From Candidatus Omnitrophota bacterium (GTDB lineage Bacteria > Omnitrophota > Gorgyraeia > Gygaellales > Profunditerraquicolaceae): 64,000 bases of DNA. Location: the NCBI GenBank assembly GCA_016208765.1, contig JACQXK010000065.1, positions 64,962 through 128,961 on the forward strand. Direction: 5' to 3'. The first letter of the stretch is position 1; each line of letters starts with the position of its first letter. The notes under the pieces were generated by a model. It saw only the letters and a list, made by a program, of their open reading frames with translations. It did no database searches and was not told the DNA's origin. Position numbers and translations under genes: made by a program. Below, piece by piece: positions 1 through 8,942 of the stretch.

Positions 1-1
1 T

Positions 2-1078
2 TTTTCATTCTTGGTTGTTACTGTTTTAAGCATCCTTGGTTCTGCCGTTGTTATGCGCAGCGCTTCTGAAAAAAAGATTTCCCAGGGTTATGCCGATTCC
101 GCACAGGCTTTTTGGATTGCTGAAGCAGGGCTTGCGCAGGCATATTATAATTGGTCAAATGGTATTTCTCAACCGCAAGGCGCGGTAAGCTATGGCGGTG
201 GAACTTATAGCATTGATGCTTCCAGTCTTGTCCAGACCAGAGTAACCGGTGTTTTTGGAGCAAGTTCCCGAATATTACAGGGTTCATTTGTATTTATTCC
301 ACGCCCATTTGATAATACGCTTTCTGCCGGAGGAAATTTAAGATTGTCCGGTTTACTTGCGCGCGTTGAGATTTATGATAAAACCAGGATTTCCGGGACA
401 TACTCAAGAAGTTTCGGGGCTTCAGGATGGTTTGAAGACAAACAGGAAAATGTTGATCAAAATCTTACTACCATTAAGATCCCGGATTACAGCGGTAATG
501 GCGTTTCTGACGAATTCTCAGATTTTGTTTTATTTGGAAGAAATGCGGCCCAGAGTTATCCTGAGGATCAGGTTGTATACATTCAGACTGATAATACTGT
601 AAATATTTTTCCTAATCAGGATTTGGTTGGAAAAAAGATCATTTACGTTGAAGGTACGCAAGCAGGTGCCGGAGATGTGAATATATTTTTTGATACTACC
701 TGGCACGCAGGAGAAGATCTGACGGTTATCTCAACCGGAGATATTACTTATGTGGAGCCGTTACAGTTCCAGGCGGATGCGCGCCTGAGCACAATTTCAT
801 GGGTGGACTATAATGAAGCCTCGGTTTTTAGGAGCGAACATGAAAGCATTATTTATACTCACGATGACGCTAATTTTGTGGATATTCTTGATTGGGGTTC
901 AACAACCGGAAGTGTGATCGCTAATGACGAAGTTTCTCTGAACGAGGTGCTTACTTATGAAAAGTACTATTATTCTGACAGGATTGCAAACGGGGATTTG
1001 TCTCCGGGTTTTAAATGGCTGTCTACAACTAATAACGGGACAAGAAAAATGATGGATTGGCAGGAGATCAGGGATTAA
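2..1078 (+). CDS. PilX-N-like pseudopilin / pilus-associated protein, 5' partial (frame open to the window start)
   Basis: Hydrophobic N-terminal segment followed by the AEAGLAQAYYNW motif typical of the PilX N-terminal domain. Lies upstream of pilMNOPQ. The ORF-track start at 11 is a TTG and the frame is open to base 2. Confidence 0.4.
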   Translation, partial: FSFLVVTVLSILGSAVVMRSASEKKISQGYADSAQAFWIAEAGLAQAYYNWSNGISQPQGAVSYGGGTYSIDASSLVQTRVTGVFGASSRILQGSFVFIPRPFDNTLSAGGNLRLSGLLARVEIYDKTRISGTYSRSFGASGWFEDKQENVDQNLTTIKIPDYSGNGVSDEFSDFVLFGRNAAQSYPEDQVVYIQTDNTVNIFPNQDLVGKKIIYVEGTQAGAGDVNIFFDTTWHAGEDLTVISTGDITYVEPLQFQADARLSTISWVDYNEASVFRSEHESIIYTHDDANFVDILDWGSTTGSVIANDEVSLNEVLTYEKYYYSDRIANGDLSPGFKWLSTTNNGTRKMMDWQEIRD

Positions 1079-1082
1079 CCTT

Positions 1083-1559
1083 ATGAAAAATAAGATTATT
1101 TTATTTAGCTTTGTCTTTTCAGTTTTGATTGTGATGGTATCAATTTTCATTATGAATAAAATTTATAAAAGCTCTACTTCGTTGTATCCGGAGAAATTGC
1201 CTTATGATAAAACTCCGGAGCAAGGCCTTCGCCGCCAATTGGTCCCTTCGCGGCCGGAGGATTATGGAATGGTGGAGTCCGGGAAGGATATGGCGCAGGA
1301 AGAATGGGATAGCCTAATATCCAAAAAGATCAAGAAGATTAAGCCGCAGATCAATGCTGTTGATTTGGATAAAATTAACGAGAAGATAAAAGAGTCCCCC
1401 CAGGTTACTAAAGACAAGATCAGGCAAATTGATGAAAGTATTGAAAAATGCAAATTAATTTTGAAAAATGACCCCGGGAACAAAGATGTCCGTGGTAAAT
1501 TAACAAGGTTAATGATGTTAAGAAGCATCGCAGAGAACCTGCCTGAGGCTGGAAAATGA
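1083..1559 (+). CDS. hypothetical membrane-anchored, Lys/Glu-rich coiled-coil protein
   Basis: Single N-terminal TM helix (ILFSFVFSVLIVMVSIFIM) followed by a low-complexity charged region. Its stop overlaps the pilM start. Confidence 0.5.
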   Translation: MKNKIILFSFVFSVLIVMVSIFIMNKIYKSSTSLYPEKLPYDKTPEQGLRRQLVPSRPEDYGMVESGKDMAQEEWDSLISKKIKKIKPQINAVDLDKINEKIKESPQVTKDKIRQIDESIEKCKLILKNDPGNKDVRGKLTRLMMLRSIAENLPEAGK

Positions 1560-2581
1560 TCGGTATCATCTCAAAATATACGAAAAGGTTTTCTCGGGAT
1601 CATTTTGTTGCCGGGCTTGATGTCGGAAGCGCCTCGGTAAAGGTTGTTAAATTAAAAGTTACCGGGCAGGGATCGGAGCTTTGCGGTTTTTTCATTGATA
1701 AATTTGAATCCAGCGCAGTTGATGCAATCAACAAGATTAAAGAGCGTTTAGGGCAGGTTGATAGGATAAATTTTTCTGTTGAAGGGCCTTCAACTATAAT
1801 CAGGTATGTTAATTTTCCGCTGATGAGCGCGGAAGAATTAAAGAAGGCATTGAAATTTGAGGCGCAAAAACACATTCCTTTTTCTTTGCAGGAAATTAAT
1901 TTGGACGGCTGCATTCTAAGCCAGGACCTGCCCGACAATAAAATGCTTGTGTTGCTTGCTGCCGCAAAAAAGGAACTTATTGAGCAGCGCCTGAAGTTCA
2001 TAAATGACGCTGGCCTTAAGCCGGGAGCTATTGATTTGGATTCTTTAGCGTTAGTTAATGCGTTTTGTTACAATTATCCGGTCAATGATGATGCCCAGCG
2101 TAAGACAACCGTGCTTCTTAACATAGGTTCTTCGTTTTCTAATCTCAATATTCTTGAGGGTGATTTGCCGCGATTTAGCAGGGACATCCACATTGCCAGC
2201 AATAACTTCAATCATCGCATCATGGAGATGTTCGGCGTAGATTTTAAGTCTGCTGAAAGCCTAAAAGTGGATATGCCGCAGGAAAAATCAGAACAGATCG
2301 TAGCAGCGTTTGATTCCGTGATGGCGAATCTGGCCACTGAGCTAAGGATATCATTTGATTATTATGAAAGCCAGACAAGTTCGGCGGTAGGCAGGATTTT
2401 TATCAGCGGAGGGGGAAGCATTTTCCCCGGCTTAAAAGAGTCTTTGGCAAATCTTCTTGGTATTGAGGTTGAATATTGGGATCCTTTTAACAAGATCGGC
2501 ATTGCCGCAAGTGTTGATGTGGAAAATTTAAAGAAGCATAAAAGCGAGTTAGCTGTTGCCGCAGGATTAGCGCTGCGTTAA
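1556..2581 (+). CDS. pilM: type IV pilus assembly ATPase-like protein PilM
   Basis: Actin-like fold signature GLDVGSASVKVVKL at the N-terminus, about 340 aa, followed by pilN and pilO. Confidence 0.85.
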   Translation: MIGIISKYTKRFSRDHFVAGLDVGSASVKVVKLKVTGQGSELCGFFIDKFESSAVDAINKIKERLGQVDRINFSVEGPSTIIRYVNFPLMSAEELKKALKFEAQKHIPFSLQEINLDGCILSQDLPDNKMLVLLAAAKKELIEQRLKFINDAGLKPGAIDLDSLALVNAFCYNYPVNDDAQRKTTVLLNIGSSFSNLNILEGDLPRFSRDIHIASNNFNHRIMEMFGVDFKSAESLKVDMPQEKSEQIVAAFDSVMANLATELRISFDYYESQTSSAVGRIFISGGGSIFPGLKESLANLLGIEVEYWDPFNKIGIAASVDVENLKKHKSELAVAAGLALR

Positions 2582-2585
2582 AAAA

Positions 2586-3161
2586 ATGATTGAGATAAAT
2601 TTATTACCGGAAGGCTTAAAAGTTAAAAAGGCCGGCCTTAAATCTGTATTTAGAAAAGAACACGCTGTATACATTGTTTTCTTGATTATCGGTTTATTGT
2701 TGTTGACGCACGTTTATCTGGCTTTTTTAGGCATAGCCAAGAGCATCCAATTAAGTGTACTTACCGGGAAATGGCAGAGCCTTGAGCCGCAAAGAAAAGA
2801 GTTTGAGAAATTTAACGAGCAGTTTGTTTTAAGCTCGCAGTCAAATGTTGTTATCGGGCAGCTTGTTCAGAAGCGCCTTTCCTGGGCAGCCAAATTAAAC
2901 AAACTTAGCCTTGATTTGCCAAAGGGCGTCTGGTTCAATGAAATTGTTCTTTCTCCTAAAGAATTGATCATTAACGGTTCGGTAATTTCCCTTGAGAAAG
3001 AAGAGATGAATTTAGTTAATAAATTTATTGAGAATTTAAAGAATGATCCGGGTTTTATCAATGATTTTACCGGCGTTGAGTTAGGCAATGTCGTAAGAAA
3101 ATCACTCGGAGGGTATGATATTTTTGATTTTACCATTACCGCAGGCCTTAAGGAAAAATGA
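2586..3161 (+). CDS. pilN: type IV pilus assembly protein PilN
   Basis: Starts MIEINLLPE, the canonical PilN start, with a single TM. Position between pilM and pilO. Confidence 0.7.
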   Translation: MIEINLLPEGLKVKKAGLKSVFRKEHAVYIVFLIIGLLLLTHVYLAFLGIAKSIQLSVLTGKWQSLEPQRKEFEKFNEQFVLSSQSNVVIGQLVQKRLSWAAKLNKLSLDLPKGVWFNEIVLSPKELIINGSVISLEKEEMNLVNKFIENLKNDPGFINDFTGVELGNVVRKSLGGYDIFDFTITAGLKEK

Positions 3162-3754
3162 AGGATCTATTGCAAAAAATTATAAATTTTAAGATTCCGC
3201 AGGATTTTGAGTTTGATAATAAGAAAAAGATCTTAGCGGTGATTATTTGTGTTGTTGTGTTATATCTTGATTTTGGCGTGGTTATGAAGGCGCAATTAAC
3301 CGGTTTAAGGAAAATCGGGCCTAAAATAACCAAATTAAAGTCAGAATTGGATCTTTTGAATAAGAATTTATTGAGGATGCAAGACATAAAAGCTTCTGAT
3401 CCTGAAGCTATTAAAAAAAGAGCCCAAAAAGCGATGCGCATGATCCCGGAAGGCCAGATTTCGCTCTTATTGCAAACTCTTTCTGAAAACGCCAACAAGA
3501 ATTTTCTTACTATTACTCATATTAAGCCGGCAAAAGAACCTCCTGTAAAAGGCGTGGTTGTCCCGCAGAACCTAACCTCATATTTAATCAATATTGATTT
3601 AAACGGTGATTATCACCATTTAGGGAAGTTTATCAACGCGTTGGAAAATGGAGATGTCTTTTTGATGGTGCAGAATTTACGAATTCAGCCTGATAGGAAA
3701 GATTTTCTCAAGCAAAAAATTAATCTGGTATTAAAGACTTATGTTACGAAATAA
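3158..3754 (+). CDS. pilO: type IV pilus assembly protein PilO
   Basis: N-terminal TM plus coiled coil, about 200 aa. ATGA overlap with pilN and synteny. Confidence 0.6.
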   Translation: MKDLLQKIINFKIPQDFEFDNKKKILAVIICVVVLYLDFGVVMKAQLTGLRKIGPKITKLKSELDLLNKNLLRMQDIKASDPEAIKKRAQKAMRMIPEGQISLLLQTLSENANKNFLTITHIKPAKEPPVKGVVVPQNLTSYLINIDLNGDYHHLGKFINALENGDVFLMVQNLRIQPDRKDFLKQKINLVLKTYVTK

Positions 3755-4139
3755 AATTTCATTTTACTTTTGTTTAAAAAGTTCTGTTATTTTTGTGATT
3801 ATATTCTTGCCGTTATTTTTGTTTGCGCAGCAGTTTGTTTATGATGCAAAAGAAAAACGAAATCCGTTTATACCTTTGGTTACTCCCGAGGGCAGGCTGC
3901 TGCAGTTGGATAAGGAAGAGAAGAAAGCGGATTTAGCGGTTGAAGGGATTATTTATGATAAAAACGGCCGTTCATTTGCTTTAGCCGGCGGAGCGGTGCT
4001 TGCCGTAGGGGATACTTTTGGGGATTATCAGGTTTTAAAAATTCTTGAAGATAAGGTTATTTTTATTAAAGAGGGGCAACCTTATGAAGTTTATATAAAT
4101 AAGGAGGAAACAAAAATTGAAGAAAACAAAAAGCCTTAA
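3741..4139 (+). CDS. PilP-like pilus assembly lipoprotein
   Basis: Signal/TM peptide followed by an RNPF motif (PilP has RDPF/RNPF), about 130 aa, immediately upstream of the secretin gene. Confidence 0.5.
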   Translation: MLRNKISFYFCLKSSVIFVIIFLPLFLFAQQFVYDAKEKRNPFIPLVTPEGRLLQLDKEEKKADLAVEGIIYDKNGRSFALAGGAVLAVGDTFGDYQVLKILEDKVIFIKEGQPYEVYINKEETKIEENKKP

Positions 4140-5796
4140 AGCATGTCTAATTTTGGTGTTTTATCTTGTTCAGGCATTCGGTATTTCAGATTTAGCTTTT
4201 ACACAGACCCAGCAGGATGCCCAGGCATTAAGCGCTCCTGAAAACGTAACCCTGGATTTTAAGGATGCGGATATCCAGAATGTTTTGAAAATTATTTCCT
4301 ATAAGTCGGGAATTAATATTGTTTCTACTCCTGACGTTATCGGAAATGTCACCATCAGGCTTATGGATGTGCCGTGGGAGACAGCGCTGGATGTTATCTT
4401 AAAGACCTATGGGTTTGGTTATCAAAGGCAGGAAAATGTTATTTTGGTTACAAAAATGGAGAATATTTCAAAGTTGCAATCAGAGGAAACTTTGCGCACT
4501 GAGATTGTTACGCTTAAGTTCCTGGACGCACAGGATGCGCAGAAGATATTGATTCCACTACTTTCACCACGAGGTAAAATTTCTGTTTTGTACGCTCGCG
4601 GCCAAAAAGGCTGGCAGTTTGGAACGTTTCAAATCGGCAAGGAAAAAGTAGGGGGTGAAGGGCAGCGCAAGGAATCAGGGGTAAAGACAGAGACTATTTC
4701 TATTGAAAAGAATGCTGCTGGTGGGTTTGTCTCCCAGAAAGCTGAGTTTGAACCGGATGTTAAATCAAAGGTTTTGGTTATTACTGATACTCCTGTGTAT
4801 TTAGATAGAATCAAAAATATTATCTTGCCTCAAGTTGATAAAAGGCCAAAGCAGGTGTTAATTGAGGCAAGGATTATGGAGGTAAGTAAGGATAAATTGA
4901 AAGATTTGGGTTTTGACTGGGGGTCAGGTACTTCAGGAGCTTCAGGTTATACAACTGCGCCAAGTGATATGGGGTTAAATGGAAAAAATAGTATGACTTT
5001 GGCCGGCCGTAATTTAGCATCAGAATTTACGCCGGGTAAATTTTCTCCGCTTGAGGGCACAACAGCGTTTCCAGGAACCTATCCTTATAAGGCAGGCCTT
5101 GAAATTTTATTTAAAAAGTTAACCGGAACCCAGTTTGAAGTTATTTTGCATGCGCTTGAAGAAGATGCGCGCACAAACACTTTGTCTGCTCCGCGGGTTT
5201 TAACCTTAGATAATCAAGAAGCTTCTATATTGGTGGGTTATCATACGCCTATTCTTAGTTCGCAAGTTACCGCCGGAACAACTACCGAAGGGCCTTCCCA
5301 GACCCAAACTCTTGATTATTATCAGGAGATCGGCATCAGGCTTAATGTTGTTCCGCAGATTAATGAAGACGGTTACATTAATATGATTATCCATCCAAGC
5401 ATTACTTCGTCTTCTTCGTCTATTACTGCGACTAACGTTGCTGGAACAGGCGCAACCGCGATTAAAACTACCATTGACTATCCGATTATTGATGTTCGCG
5501 AGGCCCAAACTCAGCTATTGATGAAAGATACCGACACAATTGTGCTGGGCGGATTGCTAAAGGATGTGAAGAGTACTGAAACAATCGGAATCCCTTTTTT
5601 AAGTAAAATCCCTTTTTTAGGTAAATTCTTTGATAGAGAAATTGTGGATAACGGTAAGGTTGACCTTTTGATATTTATTACCGCCCGCATATTAAAAGAT
5701 GAAGGGTTAAGTGATGCAGAAATTGCTTCTTTGAAGGATAATCTTGGTAAAGATCCGGAACCAGATGCAAAGAAAGAAGTAGCAAAGAATAAATAA
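4117..5796 (+). CDS. pilQ: type IV pilus secretin PilQ
   Basis: Secretin N-domain (VPWETALDVILKTYGFGY) and C-terminal secretin motif (GGLLKD...IPFLSKIPFLGKFF). TTG start preceded by a strong AAGGAGG SD. Confidence 0.85.
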   Translation: MKKTKSLKACLILVFYLVQAFGISDLAFTQTQQDAQALSAPENVTLDFKDADIQNVLKIISYKSGINIVSTPDVIGNVTIRLMDVPWETALDVILKTYGFGYQRQENVILVTKMENISKLQSEETLRTEIVTLKFLDAQDAQKILIPLLSPRGKISVLYARGQKGWQFGTFQIGKEKVGGEGQRKESGVKTETISIEKNAAGGFVSQKAEFEPDVKSKVLVITDTPVYLDRIKNIILPQVDKRPKQVLIEARIMEVSKDKLKDLGFDWGSGTSGASGYTTAPSDMGLNGKNSMTLAGRNLASEFTPGKFSPLEGTTAFPGTYPYKAGLEILFKKLTGTQFEVILHALEEDARTNTLSAPRVLTLDNQEASILVGYHTPILSSQVTAGTTTEGPSQTQTLDYYQEIGIRLNVVPQINEDGYINMIIHPSITSSSSSITATNVAGTGATAIKTTIDYPIIDVREAQTQLLMKDTDTIVLGGLLKDVKSTETIGIPFLSKIPFLGKFFDREIVDNGKVDLLIFITARILKDEGLSDAEIASLKDNLGKDPEPDAKKEVAKNK

Positions 5797-5798
5797 TC

Positions 5799-6104
5799 AT
5801 GCTTAAGATAAGTTTTATTTTCACGAAGAAAGGTAAGATGAAGTTTATTTCTCATCTTGACCTGATGCGTTTATTAACTCGTGCTATGCGTCGGGCGGAT
5901 TTACCGCTTAAAATGACTGAAGGGTTTAGCCCGCACCCTAAGTTAAGCTTGGCTCGCGCATTAAAATTAGGCCTTGAGAGCGAAAACGAAGAGGCAAGTA
6001 TTGTGTTAAATGGTTTTATAACTTTGGAAGATTTTAAAGAAAAATTACAAAGGCAATTGCCAGAAGGGATTGAAATTAAAGATGTCAAAAGAAATTTTAA
6101 TTAA
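5799..6104 (+). CDS. short DUF2344 (TIGR03936-like) protein
   Basis: About 100 aa with an HLDLMRLL...GFSPHPK pattern. Sits immediately upstream of the RNase G gene, as in the clostridial rSAM-DUF2344-rng-rplU-obg arrangement. Confidence 0.4.
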   Translation: MLKISFIFTKKGKMKFISHLDLMRLLTRAMRRADLPLKMTEGFSPHPKLSLARALKLGLESENEEASIVLNGFITLEDFKEKLQRQLPEGIEIKDVKRNFN

Positions 6105-7527
6105 TATTGAACCGCAGGAGAAAAGAGTAGCCATAGTCAACGATGGAAGGCTTGATGAGTTTCATATTGAGCGGCCGCAGGACAGGACCATTGTGGGAAA
6201 TATCTATAAAGGCAGGATTGATGCAGTATTGCCTTCAATTGGGGCTGCATTTGTAGATATTGGATTACCCAAAAAGGGTTTTCTTTATTTATCGGAAATT
6301 GAATCTGTTTTTGAACAGGCTGATACTGCACAACCAGGTAAAGGAAAGAAAGAAGTTAAAAAGGGACAGGAAGTTTTGGTGCAGGTAGTAAAAGAATCCT
6401 TTGGAACCAAAGGGCCAAGGCTTTCTACTGAAATCGGCATTGCAGGAAGATGCCTTGTTTTGATGCCGGAGGAAAAACAAGTCGGAGTGTCGCGCAGGAT
6501 TGAAGATGATGTTGAAAGGCGCAGGCTCAGGCAGATTTTGCATGAGGCAAAACTTCCTAAAGAGGTGGGTTTTATTGTGCGCACTGCTGCTGCCGGAAAA
6601 ACCAAGCAGGAGCTTGAGCGTGACGCGCAGTTTTTGTTTAAGTTATGGAAAAGGCTTGAGAAGGTTATTCAGCAAAAGAAGGCGCCTTCTTTAATTTATG
6701 AAGAATATGATTTGACTTTTCGGGCCATTCGTGATTCATTTACCGACGATGTTTCAAAATTGATCGTGGATTCAAAACCTGAATTTTACCGTATTCAGAG
6801 TTTTATGAAAACGTTTCTTAATTATTTAAGGAACAAAGTTGATTTTTATAAGGGAGACGATTTATTTGCTGAAAAAGACATTGAAAAGCAGATTAACCGG
6901 ATTTATGAAAGCACGGTTTACTTAAAGTCAAAAGCCTACCTTGTGATTGAACAGACCGAGGGATTGGTGGTAATTGATGTTAATAGCGGAGGATTTAAGA
7001 AAAAGCTCGGACAGGAAGAGACTGCTTTTAAGGTTAATTGCGAAGCTGCTGTTGAGGCGGCGCGCCAGCTGATCTTGCGTGACTTAGGAGGCATTATAGT
7101 TATTGATTTTATTGATATGGAAAGAGAAGGCCACCGCAGGGAAGTGTTGAATGTGTTAAAAAAGGCTTTAAGCACTGACCGTGCAAAATATGATATTTTG
7201 GGAATTTCCAAGTTTGGGGTCGTGGAAATGACCCGTGAGAGAATTCATAAGACCGTGCAGATGCTTTCTTACCAGCCTTGTCCTTATTGCCAGGGAAGAG
7301 GCAAGGTGAAATCTCCGGTTACAACAGCGATTTATGCTTTAAAAGAGTTAAAAAGATTTTTAAGGGGTAAATCGTTAAAACAGGTCAATCTTACGGTTGC
7401 CCCTGGTGTGGTTGAAGAGATATTGAAGAATAAAGAAAATCTCCGGCAGCTTGAACATCGGTTTAAGGTAGAAATTAATCTTATTTCCAGCCCTGCTAAC
7501 CATATAGAAGAGGTAAAAGTCTCCTAA
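6082..7527 (+). CDS. rng: ribonuclease G/E family endoribonuclease (RNase G-like, no long scaffold domain)
   Basis: S1 domain near the N-terminus (VGNIYKGRIDAVLPSIGAAFVDIG), DNase-I-like catalytic region, and CPYCQGRGKV Zn-link motif. The ORF-track start at 6070 is TTG. The ATG at 6082 gives MSKEILINIEP. Confidence 0.85.
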   Translation: MSKEILINIEPQEKRVAIVNDGRLDEFHIERPQDRTIVGNIYKGRIDAVLPSIGAAFVDIGLPKKGFLYLSEIESVFEQADTAQPGKGKKEVKKGQEVLVQVVKESFGTKGPRLSTEIGIAGRCLVLMPEEKQVGVSRRIEDDVERRRLRQILHEAKLPKEVGFIVRTAAAGKTKQELERDAQFLFKLWKRLEKVIQQKKAPSLIYEEYDLTFRAIRDSFTDDVSKLIVDSKPEFYRIQSFMKTFLNYLRNKVDFYKGDDLFAEKDIEKQINRIYESTVYLKSKAYLVIEQTEGLVVIDVNSGGFKKKLGQEETAFKVNCEAAVEAARQLILRDLGGIIVIDFIDMEREGHRREVLNVLKKALSTDRAKYDILGISKFGVVEMTRERIHKTVQMLSYQPCPYCQGRGKVKSPVTTAIYALKELKRFLRGKSLKQVNLTVAPGVVEEILKNKENLRQLEHRFKVEINLISSPANHIEEVKVS

Positions 7528-7557
7528 ATTTTAGTGGATTTTAGGGGATTTTTACGC

Positions 7558-7586
7558 TTGACCGATTAAACTAATCAATATATAAT
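7558..7586 (+). promoter_or_regulatory. sigma70-type promoter, TTGACC-17 bp-TATAAT, upstream of rplU
   Basis: Near-consensus -35 (7558-7563) and consensus -10 (7581-7586) with a 17-bp spacer. An AGGAGG SD at 7622-7627 precedes the rplU ATG. Confidence 0.6.
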
Positions 7587-7634
7587 ATTTCTTTACTTAA
7601 AACCGCCATTTAAGGCAATCAAGGAGGAAGTCAA

Positions 7635-7949
7635 ATGTATGCAGTTGTTGAAGTTGGAACTAAGCAGTATTTGGTAAATAAGGGTGATGTTGTTGAAGTG
7701 GAAAGGCAGATTATTGCGGCTGGTGAAGAAATGCTTTTAGATAAAGTGCTTCTGGCTGTTAGTGACGACAAGGTTGAGGTTGGGCAGCCGTATCTTAAAG
7801 GAGCAGTGGTTAAAGCTGAGGTTGTAGATGAAATTAAAGCTAAAAAGGTGATTTCTTTCAAATACCGCCGTCGTAAATCTTCACATTGGAAAAAAGGGCA
7901 CCGTCAAAAGCTGACCAGGATCAAGATAAAAGAAATTAAGCTTAGTTAA
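7635..7949 (+). CDS. rplU: 50S ribosomal protein L21
   Basis: MYAVVEVGTKQYLVNKGD... is a classic L21 N-terminus. 104 aa. Confidence 0.95.
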   Translation: MYAVVEVGTKQYLVNKGDVVEVERQIIAAGEEMLLDKVLLAVSDDKVEVGQPYLKGAVVKAEVVDEIKAKKVISFKYRRRKSSHWKKGHRQKLTRIKIKEIKLS

Positions 7950-7988
7950 TTGGTAAGTGGTTAATTAACCAATTGACTAATTAACGAA

Positions 7989-8942
7989 ATGTTCATTGAT
8001 CACGCTAAAATATATGTTAAAAGCGGGGATGGCGGTAGAGGTTGTCAGTGTTTTTACCGTGATAAATACACCCGTAAAGGAATTCCTGATGGTGGCGATG
8101 GCGGCAGGGGAGCTGACATTGTCGTCAGGGCGGACAGGAATTTATATACGCTTTTAGATTTTCAGTTTAACCGGCATTTTCGCGGAAAACACGGCGAGCA
8201 TGGTTCTGGAAAGAACAAAAGAGGCAAAGACGCAGAAACTGTTGTGATCAGGGTCCCTGTTGGCACAGTGATTATAGATGTTAAGAATTCCTGTGTGCTG
8301 CGGGATTTGTCCGAGGATGAGCAAGAGGTCATTGTCGCTTTTGGCGGCAAGGGCGGTTTAGGTAATCAGCACAAGAGAGATGCGGTCCCGGGAGATCCGG
8401 GCGAAGAAAAAGAGATCTTTCTTGACTTAAAGATGATTGCCGAAGTTGGGGTAGTGGGTTTTCCTAATGTCGGTAAATCTACTTTAATTTCTGTTATTTC
8501 CAATGCCCATCCAAAGATTGCCGCGTATCCGTTTACAACCAAGGCTCCGGTTTTAGGTTTGGTGCGCACAGATACAAAGAAATTTGTGATCGCGGATATT
8601 CCGGGCCTAATTGAAGGTTCCTCGTCAGGAAAAGGGCTTGGAGACCAGTTTTTAAGGCACGTTGAACGCACAAAGATATTAGTGCATTTAATTGACATGT
8701 CCGGTTTTGAAGGCAGAAATCCGATAGAGGACTATAAGGTTATAAATCAGGAATTAAAAAGTTACAGTAAAGAAGTTTTTAAAAAGTCGCAGATCCTTGT
8801 TGCCAATAAGATGGACTTAGAAGGAGCGCGGGAAAATCTTGCAAAATTTAAGAAGCAGATAAAGAAGAAAATTTATCCGATTTCAGCTTTAAATAAAGAT
8901 GGCCTGGAGGAATTAATTGAAGCAATTGCCAAAAGTTTATAA
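7989..8942 (+). CDS. obg: GTPase Obg (short form without long C-terminal domain)
   Basis: Obg-fold glycine-rich N-domain (GDGGRGCQCFYRDKY...GGDGGRGADIV) and G-domain motifs (GFPNVGKST, DIPGLIEG, NKMD). Confidence 0.95.
   Translation: MFIDHAKIYVKSGDGGRGCQCFYRDKYTRKGIPDGGDGGRGADIVVRADRNLYTLLDFQFNRHFRGKHGEHGSGKNKRGKDAETVVIRVPVGTVIIDVKNSCVLRDLSEDEQEVIVAFGGKGGLGNQHKRDAVPGDPGEEKEIFLDLKMIAEVGVVGFPNVGKSTLISVISNAHPKIAAYPFTTKAPVLGLVRTDTKKFVIADIPGLIEGSSSGKGLGDQFLRHVERTKILVHLIDMSGFEGRNPIEDYKVINQELKSYSKEVFKKSQILVANKMDLEGARENLAKFKKQIKKKIYPISALNKDGLEELIEAIAKSL

Noticed and set aside
7950-7988. Hidden rpmA (L27) gene or Rho-independent terminator between rplU and obg
   Set aside because: The gap is only 39 bp, with no ORF. 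The palindrome GGTTAATTAACC is AT-rich and has no following U-tract, so it is neither a gene nor a convincing terminator.
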